NCBI GenBank assembly: GCA_963665115.1
Contig: OY762007.1
Coordinates: 192,001-256,000 of the forward strand
DNA from: an uncultured Rivularia sp.
Lineage (GTDB): Bacteria; Cyanobacteriota; Cyanobacteriia; Cyanobacteriales; Nostocaceae
Reading direction: 5' to 3'
Length of the DNA stretch: 64,000 bases
Made by a program: the position numbers and the translations under genes. The stretch's first letter is position 1. Every line of letters begins with the position of its first letter. Below are positions 44,442-55,505 of the stretch, in pieces. Under the pieces are notes generated by a model. That model saw nothing but the letters and a program-made list of their open reading frames with translations. It searched no databases and had not been told where the DNA came from.

Positions 44442-46538
44442 TTAGCTAATCGCAATAAAATCCATCCGTTCAATATCTTCGGGGTCGAATCCTATGACTC
44501 TTAAAGTAATTCGTTGACCTGCTTTATAAAATCTCCCACCTCTCCAAGCGGGAATGTAAGCATCTAGGCTTTTTAAAAAGTCATTTACAAACTTGAATTC
44601 ATCTATATCTAAATCTGGTTCTTCTACAAAGTAATCTTCATCATCCGGTTCATTTTGAGGAATTTCATCAATATTTATATGGCGAAGTTTAGAACGAAAA
44701 TTAAACGTATTAGTAACAATTACACATTCATTTTCTTCTGCTGGTTTCTCATCTTCGTTAATTAAATCGGAATCGCAACAGTAATCAAATTCTTCGACAA
44801 GTTCGCCAGAATCGAAGACGCTATATCCAACAGCACCAGATGTATCGCTACAACCGAAATCGATTGCTTTTGTTTTTAATAATTTTGAAATATTTTTGGC
44901 ATTTTGTTCATTAATTTGATTTTGCCATTGCTTCCTAAATGTCTCGCTGTCAAAATTTTTATAATCGTATGAAACGGTAATATTTTGGTCGCGGATTGCT
45001 GTCCAACTATGACCGGTAAACTGAAAGACGATAAAACAAATATCTGTCATTTCAATTTCTTTTTCAAAGACATCCTTTTGCCAAATATTTGCGTTTCGTA
45101 TTTGATAAAGTGCTTGAGAAACTTCTTCAATCGGTGCGTTGACAATTACACAACGGTCGTTTAAATCAATGGTATCAATACCGCGCCATTCGGAAACGGG
45201 TATTTCATGATAATTTCTGGCACCAGCATCTTTTAATAGTTTAATTATCTCGGAATTACCGCTTTCTTGCGCTCTCATAAAAGCGGTACATTCATAATCG
45301 GTGTGTATATTTACATCTGCACCTGCTTCAATGAGAATTCTGACAATTTCAGTGTGTTCTCTCATTGCAGCTTCCATTAAAGGTGTATGGTCGATATTTC
45401 CCTGTAAATTTATATCAGCACCAGCTTCAATTAAAGTTGTGACTATATTGATATGATTTTCACGAACTGCTTGTAATAAAGCTGTGTGTCCTGTTGGACT
45501 AAAGCCATTAATATCAACTCCAGCATTGATTAAATTTTGTACTTTTAAGAAATTTCCTGTTTCAGCTGCTTTAATTAAATCATTTACGCTTAAACCTTGT
45601 TGTGAAGCTCCTGCAACTCGCAGCATTTTCGCGATATTTACTCTTCCGGTTATTTCAATATTGCTAAGAATATTACCTAATTGTTCTAACTTTTTGAATT
45701 TATCTTCTAAACTGTTTGCGCCTTCAGATGAAATTTGCTCTAATTCTTCTAAATCAGGTATGGGTTCGGTTATGTCACCATGCTGATTTATAGAAGCGTA
45801 CATTAAAGCAGTATTGCCATTTTTATCTTTTGAATCTAGATCGGCACCTGCTAAAATCAACTCTCCTGCAACTTCTGCATTAGCAGATTTAGCAGCAAGC
45901 ATCAAAGCAGTGTATCCATTATCATCCTTCGCATTAATATCTGCTCCTGCGGCAATTAGTATTCGGGCAATTTCACCACTAGCTCTATAAGCAGCTTGTA
46001 TTAAAGGAGTAGATTGATTTCCATCTCTAAGATTAACTTCGGCACCAACTTCTAATAGAAATTCGACAATTTCTTGATGACAACTTTCCGTTGCACGACA
46101 CAAGCCACTATCACCATTTAACAGATAATTCACATCGGTACCAATACGAATAAAAGCTTTCACTATCTCAATATGTCCGCAAATTATTGCTGAGAAGAAA
46201 GCATCATAAAATCGTTTATTCTTTTCTTTATCTGCGTAATGACCAGCTTGTAAAAGTAAATTAACAATTTCAGTAAAACCATTATAAGCAGCTAAATCCA
46301 AGGGTTCTGACAAACCATTATCAACTATTGCGCCTGCTTCAATTAAAATTTTCGCAATTTCTAATTTACCTTTCTCCGCAGCCATTTCTAAAGGAGTCCA
46401 ACCGCTATTTTTATCTACTTGGTTAATATCGGCTCCACTAGCAATAAAATCTCTTACTCCTGCAATATCACCAGCTTGAATGATTTCGTAAATACTTTTA
46501 GAATTTGATTCGGATTCTTTTTTAGTATTGATAGACAT
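44442..46538 (-). CDS. ankyrin-repeat protein with acidic C-terminal domain of unknown function
   Basis: Many TPL/TAL..AA..G..GADIN repeats. Confidence 0.85.
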   Translation of the reverse strand: MSINTKKESESNSKSIYEIIQAGDIAGVRDFIASGADINQVDKNSGWTPLEMAAEKGKLEIAKILIEAGAIVDNGLSEPLDLAAYNGFTEIVNLLLQAGHYADKEKNKRFYDAFFSAIICGHIEIVKAFIRIGTDVNYLLNGDSGLCRATESCHQEIVEFLLEVGAEVNLRDGNQSTPLIQAAYRASGEIARILIAAGADINAKDDNGYTALMLAAKSANAEVAGELILAGADLDSKDKNGNTALMYASINQHGDITEPIPDLEELEQISSEGANSLEDKFKKLEQLGNILSNIEITGRVNIAKMLRVAGASQQGLSVNDLIKAAETGNFLKVQNLINAGVDINGFSPTGHTALLQAVRENHINIVTTLIEAGADINLQGNIDHTPLMEAAMREHTEIVRILIEAGADVNIHTDYECTAFMRAQESGNSEIIKLLKDAGARNYHEIPVSEWRGIDTIDLNDRCVIVNAPIEEVSQALYQIRNANIWQKDVFEKEIEMTDICFIVFQFTGHSWTAIRDQNITVSYDYKNFDSETFRKQWQNQINEQNAKNISKLLKTKAIDFGCSDTSGAVGYSVFDSGELVEEFDYCCDSDLINEDEKPAEENECVIVTNTFNFRSKLRHINIDEIPQNEPDDEDYFVEEPDLDIDEFKFVNDFLKSLDAYIPAWRGGRFYKAGQRITLRVIGFDPEDIERMDFIAIS

Positions 46539-46737
46539 TTTTTACAAGCCCCGATTACAAAATACTTATCGTAATTTTAGTTGTAGCTTGGTTTTAAAAG
46601 AATCACCGACACCCTGGAAGGGTGCGGCTATAGATACGAAGCCCACCTTCGTGGGCTTAAAAATCTTTCTTTTTCATAGCCCACGCAGGTGGGCTTTGTA
46701 ATTGTAGCCCCACCCTTCGAGGGTGCGGGCTTGATAG

Positions 46738-47460
46738 TTAGGTGCGGCTCAATCTCACATAAGCATTATCGGTAAAAACCGGCACGCAATCGCTTACATT
46801 AACTCCCGCAGCTAATTCAACATCCAATTCAAAACCCCTCGCAATCAATTCTTTTCCCGAACTACATTTTTTCAAAACATCTAATAAATCGTTTTTAAAA
46901 CTATTAAATACACTAACAGCGGCTTCCGCTTCAGGTGATAAACTTCCAGATAAATAACTCAGAATTGCCCCAGCACCAATTAAATCTTCTAAAGCAAAAC
47001 GTAAAGAACCATCTTCCCATTTTTCACCTGCGGGAATTACAGCAATTTTAGAACCATAGTGTTGAGCAAATCGTGCTACAGCTTCACAATTTCGTAAGCA
47101 CCCAGCTAAGGTTGGTGTTTTTCCAGTAAGCAATGTTAGAGAAGAACCGTTTGGTGAAGGTAAAACAAGTTTAGTTTGCGGGGAAATTTTAGTTAAAGAT
47201 TGAGGGGAAAGAGAATAACCAGTGTTAGAAGTTCGTTTTGCTGCTAATTCTGCTTTGATTGACTTTGCATAATCCAGAGCCGAATTGTCTTTCCACTGAT
47301 ACGGAAAGATTATCGCGCCATTATTAGTAGCAATTTCGACAGCAGTTGAAAAAGATAAAACATCTACTATTACTACCACATCGCTTATCGGTGCGAGTTG
47401 GATAACTCCTTGTTGTCCCCATTCGCAACGTAAATCGAATTCCGATTGATTGAAAATCAT
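46738..47460 (-). CDS. 2-phosphosulfolactate phosphatase (ComB) family protein
   Basis: IVDVLSFSTA, SLSP, LPSPNGS, GCLRN, EDLIGAGAI. Confidence 0.85.
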   Translation of the reverse strand: MIFNQSEFDLRCEWGQQGVIQLAPISDVVVIVDVLSFSTAVEIATNNGAIIFPYQWKDNSALDYAKSIKAELAAKRTSNTGYSLSPQSLTKISPQTKLVLPSPNGSSLTLLTGKTPTLAGCLRNCEAVARFAQHYGSKIAVIPAGEKWEDGSLRFALEDLIGAGAILSYLSGSLSPEAEAAVSVFNSFKNDLLDVLKKCSSGKELIARGFELDVELAAGVNVSDCVPVFTDNAYVRLSRT

Positions 47461-47614
47461 CTACTATCGTACCCACAAATCAATAATGTAGAGACGTAGC
47501 AATGCTACGTCTCCATATCTAGCGGAATCATGCAAAATTTTTCATCAATACTATTTCACTAAATTATCGACACAAACCTAAATATCGGGAGACGTTGCAC
47601 TGGGCACGCCGTCT

Positions 47615-48820
47615 CTACAATTCTGGTTCCAAACGAATCAATTTCCCATCACCTCGATCTGTAATCACATACAATTTCCCATCGGGAGCAACCTTAACAT
47701 CCCTTACCCGTTCGCCAATTTCAATCGATTTTTCACTAACGACATTACCTTTTTCATCTAAATCAATATGACGCACATCTGCCGATCGCAAACCACCCGC
47801 AAATAAATCGCCGTTGTAAAATGCTAGTCCTGAAGGTGCTACTGCTGGTGTCCAAACTACTTTAGGATCTACCATTCCAGGACGGGAACGTTCTTGAGAA
47901 ATTTCTCCTCCAGTATATTCTTGACTATAGGTGACAATTGGCCAACCATAGTTTTTACCTGCTTCGACTAAGTTGACTTCATCACCACCTCTAGAACCGT
48001 GTTCGGTTGACCAAACTCTTTTATTCTCGGAGTCAAAAGTTAACCCTTGAATATTCCGATGTCCGTAACTCCATATTGCTGGATTGGCATTTTCCGTTTC
48101 TACGAAGGGATTATCTTTGGGAATTGAACCATCGTCATTGAGTCGGACAATTTTACCAAGGTGACTGTTAAGTTTTTGAGCTTGTTCGCGAGATAATTCT
48201 CCATTAATTTTCAGTGGTGGATTACCACCGTCACCGATTGCTAACAACATTGTATTGTCGGGTAGCCAAACGATACGGGAGCCAAAATGTTGAGTACCGG
48301 ATTTTGCTGGTGATACTTCAAAGATTACTTGTAAATCCTGTAATGCTTTACCGTCGAATTTTGCTCTTGCTAATCGCGTGCGGTTTTTTTGTCCGTTACC
48401 GTGAGCATAAGTTAGATAAACAAATTGATTTTCCGCAAAGTTGGGATGAAGTGAAATCTCCATCAAACCACCTTGTCCAGATGCGAATACTTCGGGAACT
48501 CCAGCTACGGAAGTTGGTTCGAGTTTTCCGTTGCGGACAATTCGCAATCTACCGGGGCGTTCGGTAATTAACATTTCTCCATTTGGCAGCCATGCCATGC
48601 TCCACGGGTTTTCTAAACCTGATAATATCGTTGTTTTCTTAAAATTATTACTTTTGGGAACATCACCCGTAGGTTCGATTACATTGTTTGATTCCGAACC
48701 TATTGCTGACGAATCATTTAAGGGATTTTGGGCGGAGGAGCAGCCAGTAACGATAAAGGCGATCGCCATACTAGATAAAAGTCGCTTTGATAAATATGAC
48801 ATTTTTAGGTTAGAGGTCAA
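47615..48820 (-). CDS. PQQ-dependent sugar dehydrogenase (YliI/GSDH) lipoprotein; start may be 48802
   Basis: LENPWSMAWLP, ITERPG, GQGGLM, HFGSRI, YGHRNIQG, EHGSRGGDE, NYGWP. Confidence 0.88.
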   Translation of the reverse strand: MTSNLKMSYLSKRLLSSMAIAFIVTGCSSAQNPLNDSSAIGSESNNVIEPTGDVPKSNNFKKTTILSGLENPWSMAWLPNGEMLITERPGRLRIVRNGKLEPTSVAGVPEVFASGQGGLMEISLHPNFAENQFVYLTYAHGNGQKNRTRLARAKFDGKALQDLQVIFEVSPAKSGTQHFGSRIVWLPDNTMLLAIGDGGNPPLKINGELSREQAQKLNSHLGKIVRLNDDGSIPKDNPFVETENANPAIWSYGHRNIQGLTFDSENKRVWSTEHGSRGGDEVNLVEAGKNYGWPIVTYSQEYTGGEISQERSRPGMVDPKVVWTPAVAPSGLAFYNGDLFAGGLRSADVRHIDLDEKGNVVSEKSIEIGERVRDVKVAPDGKLYVITDRGDGKLIRLEPEL

Positions 48821-49005
48821 AGGTTAAAGGTGGAAATTAATATTTTTATTTTGACGCTTAAAGGTGACAGGAGAATGTCAGGAATTTATTAATTTATAAT
48901 TCTGTAATTCTTGTGGGGTAGGCATCTTGCCTGCCCAATAATTATTTCCACCAACATTAAATCCATTTCGGCTTTTGCTTTGTATATAGATAAAGCTCGA
49001 TTGGG

Positions 49006-49533
49006 ATGGACACCACGATGAAGAAATACTTTACTAAAACGATTAAAGTTCTAACTTTGGCAGCGACTGCGGGTATTATTACTACCTTAGCAGCTTGCAG
49101 CAGTCCAGGTAACGATAACAATACGAAAGGCGTTGATGAAGCTCAAACACAAGAAGTTGCAACTGCATCATCGGCAACTCAACCATTAGCGCAACAGTTA
49201 CAGGGTAAGCCGGTGGTTGTGGATATTTATGCAGATTGGTGTGCTGGATGTAAGAAAATTAAACCTACTTTAGAAGCTTTGAAGAAAGAGTACGGTTCTA
49301 CAGCTAATTTTGTGGTTTTTGATGTTACGGATAAAACGACTACTGAAGCTTCCACTGCTAAAGCTAAGGAGTTGGGTTTAGAAGATGTATTTGCTAAATA
49401 TAAGGCTAAAACTGCGACTGTTGCTGTAATGAATCCTGCAACGGGTGAAGTAGTTGAATTATTTCAAAAAAATCCGAATAAAGGCGACTATGTTGCAGCT
49501 TTGGATACAACTAATAAACAAATAAATAATTAA
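49006..49533 (+). CDS. thioredoxin-like lipoprotein
   Basis: Lipobox LAAC; active site WCAGC. Confidence 0.85.
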   Translation: MDTTMKKYFTKTIKVLTLAATAGIITTLAACSSPGNDNNTKGVDEAQTQEVATASSATQPLAQQLQGKPVVVDIYADWCAGCKKIKPTLEALKKEYGSTANFVVFDVTDKTTTEASTAKAKELGLEDVFAKYKAKTATVAVMNPATGEVVELFQKNPNKGDYVAALDTTNKQINN

Positions 49534-49735
49534 ATAAAAGCTGAAAATTGCAATTACAATCACCCGCAGACTGTAAGTCTGGGGCTATACAAACAAAGCC
49601 TGCCTCCGCAGGCTGTAATTAGTCCGCGCAGGCGGACTTTGCTTATGTAGCAGTGTTCAACTAGGTGCGGCATATTCTATTCGCCAGAATTTAATTTTAT
49701 GAATCCAAAATCCAATATCTAAAATTAATTAAATT

Positions 49736-50548
49736 ATGAAATATCAATTAAAACCAAATAATCTCTATTTATTGGCTTTTCTCTGCTTAGGAACTATCAT
49801 CATAGTTGTTTTCGGAAGTCATTTCCAAAACTTGTATTACAATCTAGAAGATTTAGTAAGACAATTAGAAGCTCCCTATCATAAATGGGTAGAGCAACAA
49901 AATTCAACCAGTCCTTTTCTCCTAATTCCTATTGCTTTTATCGGTGGTTTAATTGCTAGTATTTCACCATGTATTTTATCTTTGCTTCCGGTTAATCTCA
50001 GCTATATAGGCACCTTAAATATAGAATCTCGAAAAGATGCATTTTTTAAAGCGAGTTTTTTCGTTTTGGGAGCAGTATCTATATTTAGCTTATTTGGATT
50101 ATTTGCGTCTTTCGCTTCATCTGTAATGGTGGATTTTCGCGGATATATTAATGTTGTGGTTGGTGCGATTATCCTACTGATGGGGTTAAGTTTCGCGGGA
50201 TTATTTCACTTACCCTTACCTAAAAAACAGATACATTTACCAATTCCCGGCCCTTTTGGTGCTGGTTTAACATTTGCTCTGGTAACATCTCCTTGTGCTT
50301 CTCCAGTACTTTTTGCCGTACTCGCAACTGCTGCGGCTAGTGGCTCCCAAATTCTAAGTACGGCAACAATGATAAGCTACGCTCTCGGATATACAGCGGT
50401 GATATTCTTTGCCAGCTTATTTACAGGATTGGTAAAGCAAAGACAGGTATTGTTAGTCAAATCTCAGTGGATCATTCGTTTAGGAAGCGCTGCATTAATA
50501 TTAGCGGGTGGCTTTTATTTAGTTTCGGGCATTCGTTGGTTTTTCTGA
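49736..50548 (+). CDS. ccdA: CcdA/DsbD-type transmembrane reductant carrier
   Basis: ISPCILSLLP and TSPCASPVL cysteine motifs. Confidence 0.85.
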   Translation: MKYQLKPNNLYLLAFLCLGTIIIVVFGSHFQNLYYNLEDLVRQLEAPYHKWVEQQNSTSPFLLIPIAFIGGLIASISPCILSLLPVNLSYIGTLNIESRKDAFFKASFFVLGAVSIFSLFGLFASFASSVMVDFRGYINVVVGAIILLMGLSFAGLFHLPLPKKQIHLPIPGPFGAGLTFALVTSPCASPVLFAVLATAAASGSQILSTATMISYALGYTAVIFFASLFTGLVKQRQVLLVKSQWIIRLGSAALILAGGFYLVSGIRWFF

Positions 50549-50549
50549 T

Positions 50550-51164
50550 ATGAATGTAGCAAAGCATACGCAAAAAAAAACAAATACTTTGCAATCTGAG
50601 TCCGATATGAATTCATCAAACCAGACAGAAGCAGAATTATTTCAAACATTGCAAGCAGGAGATTTATCGGCTTTAGGTGCTATTTATGACCGCTATGGCG
50701 AGGCTGTATATCGTCTGTCTTTGCGAATTTTAGGGGATACAAATGAAGCTGAAGACTTGACGCAAGAAATCTTTTTAGCATTTTGGCGAAATGGAAAATA
50801 TGACCCCAATCGAGGGAAAATGATTGTTTATTTACTGACAATGACTAGAAGTAGAGCAATTAATCGTTTACATCAAAAGTCCAGTCAACAGAGGCTTTTA
50901 CAAAGATGTCAGCGCAGTATTCCGACTCATGCTGAAAGTAATTTGATGGAAAAGGTTTCCTTGGGTGAAGTGTCCCAACTTATCAATAAAGCTTTAGAAG
51001 AAATACCCGAAAATCAACAGCAAGTTTTAAAAATGGCTTACTACGAAGGATTAAGTCAATCAGAAATTACTGGTAAGTTAAATATACCTTTAGGGACAGT
51101 AAAAACCCGTACTAGGCAAGGACTTTTAAAACTGAGAAAATTATTAAAGGATTTAGTAGATTAA
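50550..51164 (+). CDS. ECF sigma factor (SigK-like); start may be 50607
   Basis: AEDLTQEIFL, RSRAINRL, YYEGLSQSEI..LNIPLGTVKTR. Confidence 0.9.
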   Translation: MNVAKHTQKKTNTLQSESDMNSSNQTEAELFQTLQAGDLSALGAIYDRYGEAVYRLSLRILGDTNEAEDLTQEIFLAFWRNGKYDPNRGKMIVYLLTMTRSRAINRLHQKSSQQRLLQRCQRSIPTHAESNLMEKVSLGEVSQLINKALEEIPENQQQVLKMAYYEGLSQSEITGKLNIPLGTVKTRTRQGLLKLRKLLKDLVD

Positions 51165-51166
51165 TT

Positions 51167-52000
51167 ATGGAACCTGATAAATTACCTTCAAACTGGGAAG
51201 CTTTGATAACAGGTTATGTTTTGAGCGATTTAACCCCAGAAGAAGCAGCTTTAGTAAAACAATATTTAGAAACTTATCCAGAATTAGCATCTGAAGTTGA
51301 AAGCTTACAAGCAACTTTAGCGCTGTTTCCCCTATCATTACCCGAAACTAAACCATCAGAAGGATTGCGATCGCAAATTCTCCAAGCAGCAGCAACCGAA
51401 TTAAATGTAAATCACAAAGAAATTTCTACCCCCTCTCCCCCTCTCCCCCTCTCCCCCCTCCCTTCTTCTTCTCCCAAACCCTGGTTAAAAATAGCCGGAA
51501 TAACCGCATTAGGATTAATTGCGAGTTTAGGATTTTTCAACTATCGACTGCATCAAAAACTCGCAACAGCAGAAACTGATTTATCAAACTACCGTTTACA
51601 AGCCGAATTATCCAAAACACAGCAAGAATTATCTCGCTATCAAGAAGCTTTATCCGTACTAAAACAACCGAATAATCGTTTATTAGCGCTCAAAAGCATT
51701 ACTCCAGATATATCTTCCTCTGGTAGTTTAGTAATTGCACCTAACTCGGAAGCTGCAATATTAACTTTGAAAAAGCTACCCGATTTACCAAAAGATAAAG
51801 TATATCGTCTATGGGCTTTTGTCGATGGTAAAAAAATTAAATGCGCCAAATTCAATCCGGATTCTCAAGGTAAGGTTTTACTGAAAATTCCTTTGCAAGA
51901 ATGGGGAAATACCACCGAAGTTTTTGTCACCATCGAACCAAAAGATGGTTTTGAATTACCTGTGGGAGAAACTGTTATGAAAGGTTCGACAGCGATTTGA
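51167..52000 (+). CDS. RskA-type membrane anti-sigma factor
   Basis: GYVLSDLTPEE N-terminal domain, single TM, VYRLWA, VTIEP..G..P.G. Confidence 0.85.
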   Translation: MEPDKLPSNWEALITGYVLSDLTPEEAALVKQYLETYPELASEVESLQATLALFPLSLPETKPSEGLRSQILQAAATELNVNHKEISTPSPPLPLSPLPSSSPKPWLKIAGITALGLIASLGFFNYRLHQKLATAETDLSNYRLQAELSKTQQELSRYQEALSVLKQPNNRLLALKSITPDISSSGSLVIAPNSEAAILTLKKLPDLPKDKVYRLWAFVDGKKIKCAKFNPDSQGKVLLKIPLQEWGNTTEVFVTIEPKDGFELPVGETVMKGSTAI

Positions 52001-52324
52001 ATTAATTATCTTGAGATATATCCATTTGGTAAACTTATTTGGCATAAAATGAGTATAAAAATAACTATTTGGCTATTATTTACTTAACTACTCATTTTTG
52101 CATAGTGAAAGCTAGCATCAAAGTCAAAATTGAGTAAAACAAGGCTAGCTATAAGGAATTATTGTTTGCTATAGCTAGCTTCATACTGTATTTATCAATT
52201 GTCTTAAAGTTAGCGCTTATCTTCATAATTCTACTCAGTCATCACTCGGATTTACGTCTCAAAATGCTTTTGTTAGATTTTGATTGTTGAAGCAAACAAC
52301 ACTTTTTAACAAACGAGGTTTCAA

Positions 52325-53002
52325 ATGGTATCTAATTTATTGCAAAAGGTTTTAGTTTCCACCACCGTTGGTACAGTTGTTGGATTCTCAACAATTTTTG
52401 GGGCTATTAATTCAGCATCTGCATTAACAGTTGAATCTGAATCATTCAACAAGAAGGGAAAACAACAGGATATATCCCATATTGCCTTATTTATTAAAGA
52501 TAATTCTGGAAACGTTACCAAAGTAAAAATTGATGGTGTCTCTGGTGGTGCAAAATCTTACGATGCTACAAATTTCTTAAAAACATATTATCCAGATTCT
52601 GAAGTAGTCGCTTACCAAGTGAAAGCTAGTAACGAAAAATCTTTTGTTTCACTCTCAAAAGGCTATTCTGAAAATAATTTGCCAACTAAAGAGAACTCAG
52701 CTGATAAAACTTATCAATACTCAAATGTTTCTAATCTCCCTGAGCCAAAACCCCAGCAATCCGAACAAAAACCTGCTCCCACTCAACCAGAAGAAAAACC
52801 TGCTCCCACTCAAACTGAAGATACTACTTCAAGCAACGAAGAATCACAACCTTCTGCACCTCCAAAATTTGTAGTAGCTGCTCCTCCTGCTCAGACAGAC
52901 TCTTCCACCGAACCAGTTTCAGTTCCCGAACCCGGAAGTATGGCAGCAATAGTAATATTTGGATTAGGTGGATTGCTAGGTAAAAAGAAAATCTCTTCTT
53001 AG
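52325..53002 (+). CDS. PEP-CTERM sorting-domain exoprotein
   Basis: Signal peptide, Pro/Thr linker, VPEPGS + TM + KKK. Confidence 0.85.
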   Translation: MVSNLLQKVLVSTTVGTVVGFSTIFGAINSASALTVESESFNKKGKQQDISHIALFIKDNSGNVTKVKIDGVSGGAKSYDATNFLKTYYPDSEVVAYQVKASNEKSFVSLSKGYSENNLPTKENSADKTYQYSNVSNLPEPKPQQSEQKPAPTQPEEKPAPTQTEDTTSSNEESQPSAPPKFVVAAPPAQTDSSTEPVSVPEPGSMAAIVIFGLGGLLGKKKISS

Positions 53003-53315
53003 AAAAAGGTACCGTTGTCTATAGGGCTGCATCACTATTTATATAATTTGACTTGAACAATAATTTGAGCAAACATTTTCACTGTGTGCTGAAAATATAA
53101 ATAATTATCTTTATCTTTTCCAAACATACTCGTAATAATCTTTTTTCATACTTCTACACTCTTATTCATCGAGTGTGGGAGTATTCTACTGTTTATCGAC
53201 TAATTTTTATTTTTGATTTATCTAATAAAGCACAGTAGCATTCTCTATTAACTTTACTCCGAACTAAATCTAAGATAATATGCGGGGAAAAGTTTTTTAA
53301 CTAAGATTTACCATA

Positions 53316-54067
53316 ATGAATAATTTTTCTCCACCAAGAACTGTTACTTCTCAGAGAGAACAATTAAAATTCATAACTAAATTAGCTTATGGTGCTGGAG
53401 AGTTAGGAGGAGCAATTCCGAATAATATTTTAGTCTTTTTCGTTCTTTATTTCTTCACCAATATTGCGGGATTAAGTGCAGGTTTCGCTGGTAGCCTGAT
53501 ATTAGTTGGTAAAGCTTGGGATGCAATCAATGACCCTTTAATTGGCTGGTTAAGCGATAAAACTCGTTCTCCTTTGGGTAGACGTTATCCCTGGATGCTA
53601 ATTGGTGCAATTCCTCTTGCAATATCTTTTTGCTTACTTTGGTTTACTCCACCAATCGCAAACCAATGGCTAAAATTTGCTTACTATAATATTATTTTTA
53701 TTATTTATTATGCTGCTGTTAGTTCTGTATGGGTTCCTCACTCTACATTAGGAGCGGAATTAACAACCACTTATAATGAGCGTACCGACATCATTTTTAT
53801 GGATTCGTTGTACAAACGCAAAAGTTTTGTGTTGCAGCAGCGATATTTTTAGTTGGCAAAACATTAGATTGGTCGGGATTAATTCCCACAGTTGCGTCTC
53901 AAGCACCTCCAATACAGCCAGATTCCGCATTATGGGCAATTCGGTTGATAATTGGTCCCATCCCAACTTTACTTCTAATTATCGGTTTCGTTATTGCTTA
54001 TATTTATCCAATTACTCGATCCAAACATGAAGAAATTGTTTTGAAATTAAAAGAAAGGAGGGAGTAG
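53316..54067 (+). pseudogene. MelB/GPH-family MFS transporter with large internal deletion
   Basis: N-part KLAYGAGELG, WDAINDPLIGWLSD, GRRYPW, ELTTTYNERT joined out of frame at ~53790 to C-part FYGFVVQTQK...QPDSALWAIR...YPITRSKHEEI, stop at 54067. Confidence 0.8.
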
Positions 54068-54171
54068 GGGATTGGGCATTGGGCATGGGGCATTGGGAAT
54101 CTTGAAGATACTTAATTAACATACCCTCCATATAAAAATTGATAATTGTTGATTGATAATTGTTTTAACAA

Positions 54172-54651
54172 ATGCTTTATTCTTTCTCACTAATGAACGA
54201 AGAAAATGCCAGAATAATTTTAAGTTGGCGTTATGATGAATCATTAGACTTTTATAATCCTAATCCTTTTCAAATAGAAGAAACCGTACAAGATTTTTTA
54301 AATCCTGGAAACGCTTACTACAGTATTTTCAATAATCGTAATGAACTTGTCGCTTATTGTTGCTTTGGTGCAGATGCAAGAGTCAAAGGTGGTAATTACG
54401 ATATTGAAGCTTTAGATATTGGATTTGGGATGCGTCCAAATTTAACTAGACGAGGAATTACTTTTCGCATAATTAACGGTGTATATGATTTTGCAAAAAG
54501 TCATTTTTCAACAACTTTGTTTCGCGTGACTGTAGCTGAATTTAACCTGCAAGCAATAAGACTATATGAAAAAGCTGGTTTTAAACAAGTTCATAAATTT
54601 AAAAGAGAGCAAGATGGTATATATTTTTTGGTTTTAGCTTTGGAAGTTTAG
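54172..54651 (+). CDS. GNAT-family N-acetyltransferase
   Basis: DIGFGMRPNLTRRG, VAEFNLQAIRLYEKAGF. Confidence 0.85.
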   Translation: MLYSFSLMNEENARIILSWRYDESLDFYNPNPFQIEETVQDFLNPGNAYYSIFNNRNELVAYCCFGADARVKGGNYDIEALDIGFGMRPNLTRRGITFRIINGVYDFAKSHFSTTLFRVTVAEFNLQAIRLYEKAGFKQVHKFKREQDGIYFLVLALEV

Positions 54652-54725
54652 TGATTTTAAATGCTGAGAAACCCGATTTTTTTTTAAAAACCGGGTTTCT
54701 GAATTCTCAATTTCGTTATCAATAA

Positions 54726-55460
54726 TTATTGTTTATCTTCCGAATCCACAGCTTTATAATCAGTCAATTTAAACAGCGTAGCAGCCCAGCGTTCGTTCGG
54801 ATAAATCTCTTTCACATCTCCACTAAAACGAATCTTCAAACCTTCTTTTTTAAATTCATCGGGTAAATTACAAGGAGCAAATCGACTGCGATTATCTTCA
54901 CTAATAATTATGTAAAGCTTGTCGTGAATGCGTCTAACTGTACCAACTTGATTTTCTACAGTATCTACAGTTTTTCTATTATCAAAAGCGCATTTAGAAG
55001 TCTTTTCTACCTTCTTACCAATCAATCCCAATTCCCTTAACTCTTCACGAGTTTTAGCATCCCAAGGACGTACCGAACCAAAAGCACCATCGTAGACTGC
55101 ATTCCAAGTTTGAGAACCTTCACCTTCCGCAAAAAATATAAAATTACCTCCCGGTTTCTGAATAACATTTTGGCAGGAATGAACATTAAATCCTTTCAGA
55201 TTTACGAGTTTGGGACCATTACCTTTTAAATATCGTTTAACGTAAATTACCAGCGTCTCTCCTTTAACTCTTCTAACAACTCCTTGAAAAACAATCGGAG
55301 TTTTATTTACTTTCTGAGCTAAAGTTAATGCTTGAGCGCCAGGTCCTGGTCTACAAGCATGAGCAGGTTGCATCGGAGCTAATGTTAAAGCTATAGAAAT
55401 TGGTAAAGCAAATCCGATAATTCCTAACAGGTAGCCAGAAGCAGCTTTTGATTTAAACAT
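54726..55460 (-). CDS. secreted hypothetical protein
   Basis: Signal peptide AHA-C; two small beta domains. Confidence 0.7.
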   Translation of the reverse strand: MFKSKAASGYLLGIIGFALPISIALTLAPMQPAHACRPGPGAQALTLAQKVNKTPIVFQGVVRRVKGETLVIYVKRYLKGNGPKLVNLKGFNVHSCQNVIQKPGGNFIFFAEGEGSQTWNAVYDGAFGSVRPWDAKTREELRELGLIGKKVEKTSKCAFDNRKTVDTVENQVGTVRRIHDKLYIIISEDNRSRFAPCNLPDEFKKEGLKIRFSGDVKEIYPNERWAATLFKLTDYKAVDSEDKQ

Positions 55461-55505
55461 AAAAAATAATCAATTTCTTGGTATGCGAAAATTAACATTA
55501 AAAGG

